A DNA stretch of 64,000 nt, from assembly GCA_964304625.1 (NCBI GenBank), contig OZ199840.1, forward strand, positions 1,380,733-1,444,732, given 5' to 3'. The stretch is from Kudoa neothunni. Lineage: Eukaryota > Animalia > Cnidaria. The notes under the pieces were generated by a model, which was not told where the DNA came from, ran no database searches, and saw only the letters and a program-made list of their open reading frames with translations. This document shows, in pieces, positions 37,884 to 48,399 of the stretch (positions are counted from its first letter, which is position 1; each line of letters starts with the position of its first letter). Made by a program: the position numbers and the translations under genes.

Positions 37884-39474
37884 TTATTTGCCAGCTAAAG
37901 CTAAACCATTAACTTAATGATTATCTATATAACCCGAATTACTACCATCTTGAGGACCTGTTCTATCTCCGGAACCAACACCACCAGAATCTTGACCAAG
38001 CTTTTCTTGTGTTACACCTTGAGGATTAGACGGTGTATCACGAGATTCACTAGGAACAGAAGGACCTACAGCAGGTACGGCAACAGGAACGACAGCAAGA
38101 TTGCCAACTGAAGCGCTAATGGTAGATGTTAAAGGCTTTTTGCATATATTTTGACAAGCTGTCTGATCTTTGAAGTTGTTCAAGTTCATAGCTTTTCCAT
38201 TAAATTTGAATAAAACACAATCTCTTGCATTGGCGCCAGTTGTCGCATAGTGATATCTGGTTAATTGATATTTATCGCTGTCTTTTGCTTCTCCAACTTT
38301 GTCTTGTTCACAGGCTTTTACAGCTTTGATATCATCGAGATGGCTAGCTGAATTTGTTAAAAACATATAAAGAAGTGTAAGTTTCATAAAATACTTGCGG
38401 GACAAAAACTTGCACAAAGTTCTACTGAACTAAAGATATTCTTTTCGCCATCATCAACTTTAATTGGATCCTTAGGAGCTTGGGAAATGAATGGTAAACA
38501 AGCTTGTTTCTTTTTATCAAAATGAAAGTATTCCATTAGACCTTCATCGTTATCTACTGGATTTTCGGGTGTTACTTGGTATGGGCCAGTAGCGTTGCAA
38601 GCATTAACGTATTCAGCTAATTAAAGTTAAATAAATCACAAAAGTCTTTATACTTATGCACATTTTTGCACAAGTAGGAAGATCCTTAAAATGACCTCTT
38701 TTTGAATTCTGCCCTACTGCTGCATACACACATCTTTTCTTATCGCTGTGAAGAACGATTCCCATTTTTGGTTGTTCAGTGTCTACTTGTGCAGCGAAAA
38801 GGCAGTCAAATTCATTTGGAACTTTAGTAGGCGTGCTTTCCGGCTTAGTGTCAATCATTTCACTATTTTCTTTATCTTAAATATTACAATCGAATTAATG
38901 ATAATAATTTTACATTTAAAAAAATCTAATTACTATGACAAGCGTTTTTGCATTCGATTTCTGACTCAAAGTTATTGGCGTTTCCACCACATCCAGTATA
39001 TTTAAACTCGTGGCATAAATTTTTATCACTTCCTCCAACAGATTCTTTCGAGTAGTACCATCGATCTAGCTGGTTTTCTTGTGCCACCGTACAAGACCCT
39101 GGTGACACAGGTTGCTGGCATGCTTTTGATTTCTCTTCTGGTGTAAATATTACTATATTTAATACAAATGAATTATAAACTGAAATGCATTTACAGTGAT
39201 ATTTGCAAACGGCTTCCGACACAAAGTTGTTAAAATTTCCAAGAGAACCAAGATATTTGAATGGTTTGCATTTGGCAGTTTTTTTGTCTACATACCACCT
39301 ATCAACTACGGCTGCAGCTTGCTGTTCTTTGCTCATCCACGACGGAGGTTCACCCAAGTCCAACTCATATGAATCTAAGGCTCTTTCTAATATGAAATGA
39401 TGGCAATTATTATATTGAACATTACCGAGTGATACAATTGTTAAGGAAGCGTAGAAAAATAATTGCGTAAGCAT
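37884..39474 (-). CDS. Secreted multi-Kunitz/BPTI domain protein (5 domains plus Gly/Ser/Pro-rich tail)
   Basis: Signal peptide MLTQLFFYASLTIVSLG, a canonical domain RWYY...CHEFKYTGCGGNANNFESEIECKNAC, and four divergent domains on adjacent exons. The stop is at 37914, or at 37884 if a final short intron is used. Confidence 0.88.
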
Positions 39475-41339
39475 TATATTGATATGTAAATTCGGTAATT
39501 AATAAAAATTCGTGCTTGGACGAGTTTAAATGTTTATTCATAGTAGAGAAATAATTCTTTTACGAATTGATTGAATAAGTTGGACGAAGTGGATTTTAGT
39601 ACGAATAATTTCACAAATTATATAATTTTCAATTTAAAGCTACAACATTTGATATTATATTTAATCGACCTGCTTAATATTGCTTTGAAACAAAATATAT
39701 ATTAAAGATCCTCTAAAATTTCGAAACCGATTTATAACGTCATTTATTTTTCGATAGACAGGAAAAATTATTACTCAACGTCAAAAATATATGACCCTCA
39801 AAATAATTAAAAAAAATATGTTGCAAAAATGTATTTCACTTTAGTTCATTTAAATTCAATAATACAGTTGATCAATATTCGGACTCATGGGTTACCACAT
39901 TTTATATGATTACGGGGAACAATTAAGAACGAGATGATAATTATTTTCGTGACTTTATTCATTTCATTAGAGCTTTATCTTACATCCAATTTCGGCATAT
40001 ATAAAAAATTTTTTTTAATAATAAATAGAATTATTCAATTCTTTCTGTGAACAACAATGAGAATTATTTATTATTTATTCAAGAGTAACATATGAGATAA
40101 TTAATTTTAAGATTTACTTTAAATGAAAAAATACGGAATATTAAGTGGCAAAGTATAATTTATGCATCACAACTTTCTCAAAAAAAATAAAAAATAATGT
40201 TATTTTCATGTATGAATGATTTACTAATAAATAATTTAAAAGACTAACAAATTAAATTTATGGATTTTTAATGATTAGTCAAAATACTGAACTAGCCTTA
40301 TTTTCGACTAAAACGCCTTATTAAATTAATTTTATCAAAATTATGAATGAAGATATAATTGTATTATTTTCTAGACCCTAAAATGGACAAAGTATACAAA
40401 TAAATTTAAAAATGCAATAAATTCAACCTTTCGTGGCACGCGTGAGATTCAGTGAACCCCATGTGATTTGCTCTACGCAATAATTCATATTCTACGATAT
40501 GAATTGCTTCAAGATCACCTTTGTTTGCGTATTTTTTACCAATTTACAACATATTACAATTATATTGGTTCTACCAATTTTTCTAGCTTACATAGTGACG
40601 ATTCACATAGCTTCGACTTTGCCTGTGATATTAAGTTGATGATAAATGTGAGAATCTTAATTATGAACTGTAACAGGTTAAGCTTCATGTATTTAAAATC
40701 AAAATAGAAACCAAAAGTAACGTACTACAAAGTTTGAAAGATTTCAAAAAAAGAAAACAAGTAATTTTAAGGGGCGAAATCAAATATAAATCACAGAAAA
40801 TATTTCCACAGAGACTCAACTGTTGATTTTTTTCATTTCTGACGAAATAAGGAATAGAATATTGTACTTTAGAACTAATAAGTTGAAAAATATTTGGCTG
40901 AATTTCACCTGAATACAGAATTCCACTGAATTAGATTGGAACGATCTGGAAGCATTTATTTATTGTATTATTTTTTGGTTTAACAAAAACAATTTAACTG
41001 GTACGCAGAGGCTACGATCAGAAGATGATTTCAATTCATACATTGGTGAGAAACCATTTAGCAATAATAGAATTAAACTATTATAAATATGCTTGCACTA
41101 TAACGATGATTCTAATCATTCAGCGAACGCCACGCACGAAAGATAAGACTTTAGCTATAAAAATGCTACATTTACAAATTGATATGCGAGTTAATAAATA
41201 TGGTGTTTGCTGAATATATTTTTATAAAAGTTATTTAAAAATGTTGCGAAATAATGTAACCAACAGTCACGTGATCGACCAATTTCACTCACTCTTTCCA
41301 GGTACCTCTTGTTTATTATTCAGTTAAGTTAATATTACG

Positions 41340-42101
41340 TGTTATTATGAAAGTCTCAAATCTAATGATCCAAAAACTGCCACTATATCACGTTTTAAAA
41401 TATTTATTATCTCGACTCCTAATGGCATCCTAGAGATGAAAAATAAAATAATCAAAACCTATAAATATTTTTAGAATCTAAAAGTAGAAATTATTTATAT
41501 GCAGGACAATTTAATTCTGTTGATGAAAATGTATACGAGTGGATTGGTTAGACACGAAGCAAAAAGATTGTAGTAAGCGTCGTCACGATAATCATCAAGA
41601 GAAATCAATTCGAAAAAGAAAAATTTTACTTTCATGTGCAATTCATTGAGGGGTTCGTTATTTTATAGAAAGGTCCAACATTAAAAAATCAAATTTTATT
41701 AGCTAATCTGCTGATGCTACACCTATTTGTCTACTTCAGAGTAGACAAATTATATCAGAACATTCTTAAAAAATACTTTGAAAATTTTATTTACAATGTA
41801 GACGAAACTGTCAATTTCTACCGACAGCAAGGGAGTATTTCATAGATCGTTGAAACATATTTTAATGCTGCTAATACGTTTCTCGAGTTTCAATTATCTT
41901 TTAAAAATTAATATATAGTTAATTGGCCTTTTTAAACTCAACTTAATCAATATTAAATATCAATTTTTTATATCTTATATAAAATTAAACCATCAAAAAT
42001 GGGTCTCTGATTTCATATATTATTTTTATTTCCTTTTCAAACTAAAATTATCTAAAAATAAGCAAAAATATAACGAATTATGCAGTATCGAGAGTTTACT
42101 G
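41340..42101 (+). mobile_element. pogo/Tigger transposon remnant
   Basis: CENP-B HTH-like VDENVYEWI..RSKKIVVS, IYNVDET.NFYR, and a right terminus TATCGAGAGTTTACTG|TA. Confidence 0.7.
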
Positions 42102-42605
42102 TATATAGCAACGCTTTACCCTGCTATGTAGTTGAGCTAAGAGATATCATAATCGCTAAAATAGATTTTCCAATAAATTATCACTCCATAAAAATTTTTA
42201 ATTGGCATCAAATAAATTATTCGAAAAATATTCAAAAACACCTGATGTAAAACAATGCGTAGAATAGCCATGGGGCATACAATTTCAGATGCCAATCTAA
42301 TTCTCAACTCCTAAAAAGTGCGCGTAGCTTATGCTCCAATCTAACCGCACTTTGATTAAACTAAAGATTGGCAATAATTAAAAATCATGTCAAAAATACT
42401 TAACTATTTAAGAATATTAGAACTACAATTATTAGCTGGCTTATGTAGGCATCCAAGCACAAAAACAACACACAATAAAACCTAAGAAAAGAGTATATGT
42501 TTTTTATACATAAATTGATTATAGAGTTAATGAAAATAAGATTTTTAGATGGCAAAACCAATAACAGAAACAGAAGGGATGGAAAACCAAATATAAGAAA
42601 CATTA

Positions 42606-43526
42606 TTATTTGGTAGAACTTTCGTAGAAAATATTAAGTTGTTCATGGAAAGTGGCCTTAGTGGAGAGGCTGGTTAGAAATTCACTTCCATCCAATCCAT
42701 ACGACTCATCTTCAGGACTTTCATAACGTAGCTTTTTTAGTGGAGTATAGGTGTTGGGATTTTCTGGAGTCGAATTGGGATAGTTGGATGGCGGTGTTGA
42801 AAAATGATCCACATTTTCTTTGCGCGAAGACTGTATAGCATTGTCGCAGCTGCTTCGGGTGGTTTGCGATTCCACAGATTGATTGTTTCTAATTGAGATA
42901 TTGGAATTTTGTGGATGGTTGTTGTTTTCAGCACCGAGTTGATCCACCAAAAACACATCAACCTGTTGCTTTTCCGGCGCATCGAATGAAAGAGAGTATT
43001 CATTGTCGTTGTTTTTCACTTCGATCATGGTGCCATCAGGAGCACGCACAAGCATCACAGATTTATCACAAGGGAACACTTTACTCAGTGCTTTATGCGA
43101 AACATAGATGGTGTCTTTAGTGTCAATATCATCACGTATATTTTTAAGATTTGTCTCCACATAGCCCACAAAAAGATCCAACTGAGAGCTGAGTTTTTTC
43201 ATACATTCAATGTCTTTTTTGATGATCTCAAGACGATGTTTAATCTCAGAACCATACATATTGTCATCTTTTGGCAACGACCCTCTCCATTGAACCACAT
43301 TTTTGGATTTTTTCTCAATCAAACCGATTCCCTCCAACACATTGGTTATATCGTAAATGCGCCTCTTTTGACGAACATTCAAAATATCACTAGCCTTTTT
43401 CAGATCCAAACTGCCACCTTCAGCGTTCTGCAACAGAGCTACAAACCTTGTAGCCATCAAACCCAGGCTTTTCTCGTATCTTGATGCACTCACTGATGAT
43501 GGGTTATCAGTTGGAATATCGGTCAT
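42606..43526 (-). CDS. E2F4: E2F transcription factor, E2F4/5-like, intronless
   Basis: SRYEKSLGLMATRF, QKRRIYDITNVLEGIGLIEKKSKNVVQW DNA-binding domain at the N-terminus, followed by a coiled coil and marked box (VRAPDGT..V). Confidence 0.93.
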   Translation of the reverse strand: MTDIPTDNPSSVSASRYEKSLGLMATRFVALLQNAEGGSLDLKKASDILNVRQKRRIYDITNVLEGIGLIEKKSKNVVQWRGSLPKDDNMYGSEIKHRLEIIKKDIECMKKLSSQLDLFVGYVETNLKNIRDDIDTKDTIYVSHKALSKVFPCDKSVMLVRAPDGTMIEVKNNDNEYSLSFDAPEKQQVDVFLVDQLGAENNNHPQNSNISIRNNQSVESQTTRSSCDNAIQSSRKENVDHFSTPPSNYPNSTPENPNTYTPLKKLRYESPEDESYGLDGSEFLTSLSTKATFHEQLNIFYESSTK

Positions 43527-43915
43527 AGTTTCGCTCAGTTATTGGGTTGATGGACAAAACAACCAACGACCTTTGTGCAGAGTTATCCTAAGAGGATGCT
43601 GAATTGAATCGTGAGAACTTAATATACAGGTGCGCAAGCGCGTTACTATAATAAAAGCCGCGATAAGCTCCGAAGGCGCTACGCTCAATAATCGCATTTA
43701 TTCAATAGGTCAAAGGTTGCGGCACAAGTCCACACAACAACGCCCACCAGCCGCTAATCAACACTCAACCACATAAACTCCCCCATTAAACCTGTTAATA
43801 CATCATATATCGTTTGAAATACACCCCAATTCTAATGATTATTGCTCGATTATTACTCAGTCGTAGATTAGGTACTGTATTAGTTTAAATTAAGCCACCT
43901 AACAAGCACACAAAC

Positions 43916-43935
43916 AACACACACACACACACACA
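43916..43935. repeat. (CA)n microsatellite
   Basis: Direct observation, located between the GRPEL stop and the E2F start. Confidence 0.9.
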
Positions 43936-44022
43936 CCATAAGTGAACAGATTATCGGCAGAATTAGCCACTGTAAAATACTAATCCATTCTAGTTGACTG
44001 GTTATGAATCGAAATTGGTACA

Positions 44023-44976
44023 TCACTTTTTCACAACACCAACTTCGGCTGCTCGTAACACACGTCCATTGAATGTGTAACCGGCCCGTACCACTTCGCC
44101 AACTTTTCCAGGTGCGTATTTGGTGGCATCCTTGGGAATCTAATAAAACACAGTCAATTTCAGGTTTTCACACCTACATGCCACAAAAATAATACTAACA
44201 GGTTTAAATGTTAAATATTAAATGATGCGTAGGTAACACTTAGGTGCCTCCTAAAGGAACACAAAGAGCATTTTATTCATTTACAAATTTAATGGACATT
44301 CAAATTTTGTGAAATAATATTTGTTAAACGGTGAAAACTTGAGAATAAACGACCAAAATCAGTATGTGTGCGAGAGTTGTTTAAAACTTACTTCATATTT
44401 GGCCATATGAAAATTGGGGTCAAAATCCTCACCCAAGGGAGTGCATTTAATGACTTTGTGTGCGGTGAAAGTTTTCTGTAACATCGAATGCGTCATTTCA
44501 ACACCAATCAACAAATCTTTCAATAGTGAACTCAATTTTTTGCACTCCTCTGAATTGTCGGTAGACGACGATTTTATGTTTATAGAATCTTTTGGGGTTT
44601 TATTAATCACTGTCTCTATTGTATCAGCCACCACAAACATGTCCTTGATAAACTTGGATGCTCCAAAATTGTGTGCTTCATCTACTTGATGTTTGATGCG
44701 ATTTTGCAGATTTTTCAACTCAGCCACTGCATATCTTAATTGATGCTCCAACTTTTCATTTTTAGATTTAAGAGCAGTGACTTCAGGTGACTCTACCATC
44801 ACTGATTCAGGCTGTTGTTCCTCTGTTGGTTCTTCGTTAGTCGGTACAGACGAGGTGGATTCGCTTTCCTCTTGTTTTGATCTAGAAAATAAACATCTTA
44901 CGCGATGCGGACGAGTTAACAACAATTGAGGGGTTCTAGTGAGCAATCTATTTATGCCACTACCAATGCTCTGCAT
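44023..44976 (-). CDS. GRPEL1: Mitochondrial GrpE nucleotide exchange factor, 2 exons
   Basis: Presequence, YAVAELKNLQNR, GVEMT, PLGEDFDPNFHMA; second exon PGKVGEVVRAGYTFNGRVLRAAEVGV. Confidence 0.94.
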
Positions 44977-45779
44977 TCCTATTTAAAATCCCTGGGGCAC
45001 GTGGTCAATTAATCTTAAAATTATTCCCATCTTGGATTATGACACGCTGCAACCTGCGGTTGTGTCATGTTTTTGTAACTAGGAAAATCCATATAACAAC
45101 TAAATTAAGTGTGAATTTCAGATTGTTCTCCTGATGTAGAATTACAACATATGCTTTATTGTTAGGAGATATAACTAATTTTCTCAAATAATAGTTTGTT
45201 AATTTGGGGGAATTTTTATTTTATATAAACATGAAAAGAGAGCATTTCGAGTAGTTTAGATGAATTTAGATGAATTAATGCATGTGAAGTGTAAATCATC
45301 TATCCAAGGTTACACCGTATTTCCCTGAATATACGACATCTATTTTATTTGGTATATGAAAAGGTATTAGGTATTATATTTGTAACAAACAAATCATGCA
45401 TTATTAAACTTATGTAATATATTTATAAAGTACTTTTTTGTATAGACAAAATAATATTTTCATTGAAAGAAATTCCATGTGGAACATATAATTTGATAAG
45501 TATGATTGTCTTTTCTTAAAAAATGAAGAGAAAATGGCAATAAAATCACAAACTTTACGTTTTTAATGAGTAAATTAGATTTAAAATTTTTATTATTATC
45601 ATTTGCTGCGATTTGGCATTTTAAATTGTTCGATTTATATGATTTCTCAATTAAACATTGTGCTGATAAATATGAAATAACATTTATTTGATGCTATTTT
45701 GGTGAAATTCGGGGTCTTCTATTGGGCAGTGGTTACTTCAAAATTTAATTCGATTAATCCATTAAACGACACATTAGAA

Positions 45780-46056
45780 CAGTGGTTCCCAACCTTTGGG
45801 GCGTTTTGGAACCCTTGTAGACATACTTATGGGTCTATTGAACCCTTATCATTTAATATGAGAATTGTGTTTAAAATTTAGTATATATATATATTTAAAG
45901 CGCTAAAAAAAATTCCACATATTCATTTTCTATCTTTTCAACCATAAAACAAAAAATAATAAATAAACGTATATTTAATGTGATTTTTGCTGCTGTTTTT
46001 CGGAAGCTATTTTATGTATGCTTGGTTTAATTTTCGAACCCGGTTGGGAATCACTG
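45780..46056. mobile_element. hAT MITE, 277 bp
   Basis: TIRs CAGTGGTTCCCAACC and GGTTGGGAATCACTG. Perfect 8-bp TSD CATTAGAA. Confidence 0.92.
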
Positions 46057-46166
46057 CATTAGAACGTTCGATATTGAGAGTAGAAAGAACTTTTGATAAA
46101 ACTTAAAATTATAAACTATTTTAATTCGATTAAATCAATCTTAAATGCAAATATATAACTCTCGAG

Positions 46167-46888
46167 CAATGTTTCCCAACCTTTTATCTATCATGTACCA
46201 CTTTTTTTACGAAAAAAAATCCGTGCCCAACCTGTTTCAAACATATCTAATTGTTTACTTAAACTTTTTATAATTTTAACTCTAGTTCCATAACACGTTC
46301 CAATTTGAAAGAAATTAATATGTGTTTCGTTTCTCATTAAAATTATAATGTGTTCAATCATATATAACTTAATTTATCGATGGACCTTAAAAATTAACAT
46401 CTTTAATTGATGATTCCATCAAAAACAGAATCAAGTGAAACTTGCGATAATCCAACCAACCTTCATTCGGAAAGACTTTTGTGTATACGGGACTAATGAA
46501 TCGAAAATAATAAATAAATAAATAAATAAATAAAATACTAGGGTTAATCGAAAAATTGGACATATGATTCTAAATGAGACAAGATTGAGATTGAAACCAT
46601 TCTGATTCTATTCGGATGAGGGCACGTTAAATATTACTATTAATTTGTATATAATTAATCATTGCTTGTTGTATTTTTTATGATCTTAACCGTCATTTAA
46701 AAATCAGCGATATTGGCTTCAAAATACGTCATACCACCTAATTATCTCACCGTCATCCATGTCACACCAATACTCAGGATTTTCCGCGTTCCATCAGAGT
46801 GGTTCATTAAACGTTCAAAAATTTCTATGCACCACTCAAATTTTTCCCGCTCACCGGTGGGGCGTGATACCCACATTGGGAAACACTG
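46167..46888. mobile_element. hAT (Buster-type) MITE, family copy A
   Basis: TIRs CAATGTTTCCCAA and TTGGGAAACACTG. TSD CTCTCGAG / CTCTAGAG. Confidence 0.88.
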
Positions 46889-46999
46889 CTCTAGAGCATC
46901 ATAGATAATTATGTATTCTGTTATTGCGAGTTTTATTCAAATTATAATGTAATATCCTTTCTTGAATAAAATATTGTCTAAAAATCCGACATAATGAAT

Positions 47000-47720
47000 A
47001 CTCATGCTGTTTCTACTCATAGAAAGGATTATAAATGCAGAATTTATCCAATTTTAAATTGAGTTATATGACTGGATAATGTCAGAACACCAAAAAAGGA
47101 ATTATCCTATAATATTTTATCACAGAGAAGGCTAAACATATTGTTAATGATCTTAAAATCACCATTTTCAGTTAAAGCAAAGATTCCGTTGAAAGATTTT
47201 AATAGTTGCATTTGTTTTATAAATTCATTCTCCACAAGAAAGCGGGAAGCGTTTATTATAATATTGGCTATGATTAGGTAAACAAATTTAATGATGTAAT
47301 GGTAATAGGTAGGTATGAAAAGGAAAACATATTAAATCGCTTTAAGAAAAGTTCTTGTTTATGAACAATGCACTCAACCAACATACGCAATATGGAATGA
47401 GTAAAATCGAAATGAAATGAGACAATCAACAAAATTCTCAACGAATTATAAACTGCTTAATTTACAGTAAGAATATTTCCAATATAGTGTCATCGGTAAA
47501 TTCAAAGAGACCCAAAGTTTTAAAGGTATTAATGATTTTCCTGTTAAATATTACAACAAAAAAATAGTTGGATTTCTTCAGCTATTTTTTGATATTTTCG
47601 AATACACATGATCAAAAGTTCGAGAACGACAGACGAAAAGTTTTTACACTGTTAGCTCTATGCCCCTCATACTCTTAATTAAATAACCCAAACAAAATAG
47701 ATCATTTTTGCGTTAAAAAC
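47000..47720 (+). pseudogene. pogo/Tigger transposase remnant
   Basis: LYDWI...ITEKAKHIVNDL (CENP-B HTH-like) and VIGKFK..SFKGINDFPVKYYN..NSWISSAIF, heavily disrupted. Confidence 0.7.
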
Positions 47721-48399
47721 TAAAAAATTTATTTTTAAAACGGAAACGTAAAAACTCAATATTGGCAGTGATTTCTTATTCGATAATAAAAGCTCAGGCG
47801 CCGATTTGGTACGCAATGTCAAGGACTTATTGTAAATCAAACTAACAATATAGACATGCGCACATCAGGGTATCAGCGAGAACTGAAAATTACAGTACTC
47901 GTTTGCATAAAATGATATCGATGCAAACCTGAATTAAACTCTTTTTCAATTATTTGAAATGAAGATAAAACTAACATACTTATTGAAGGATAATTAAAAT
48001 TTTTACTTATGTTTAAAGCCAAACATTATTTCTTTTAATAGCACTCAATTAATAAATCAGCATTAACTTTGAATATTCAAAAATATTTTTAAATTAAAAA
48101 TCTTTAATAAATTAAAAGGATCTCGAGAAATAAATGATTGTATATTGTCAAATAGGAATATCGCTAATCGTTTTAAGGTGTTAAAATCGGATGGTTTCCA
48201 AACAAAGCATCATTATCAAATCTTAGCATTAATAATTATTATTGAAGATAGCCTAAATTTAAAACATAAGTAATAATCCAATGTGTGATCGTTCTTCTCA
48301 GTGAGAAGATTCAAAACATTTTAATTCTCACCCCCGAAAACGTTTATGTTTATGTTATGTTTACAATCGACGAGGATAATCGGAATAAGATTAGAAGCA

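Noticed and set aside
40430-41260. Exon-like minus-strand fragments below an E-box at 41266
   Set aside because: Multiple stops and no recognisable family. It may be a pseudogene, but I cannot support a model.
46488-46510. CTAATGA..CGAAA resembling a hammerhead ribozyme core
   Set aside because: Both copies have CTAA rather than the required CTGA, and no stems I/III were found. It is better explained as a retroelement 3' tail.
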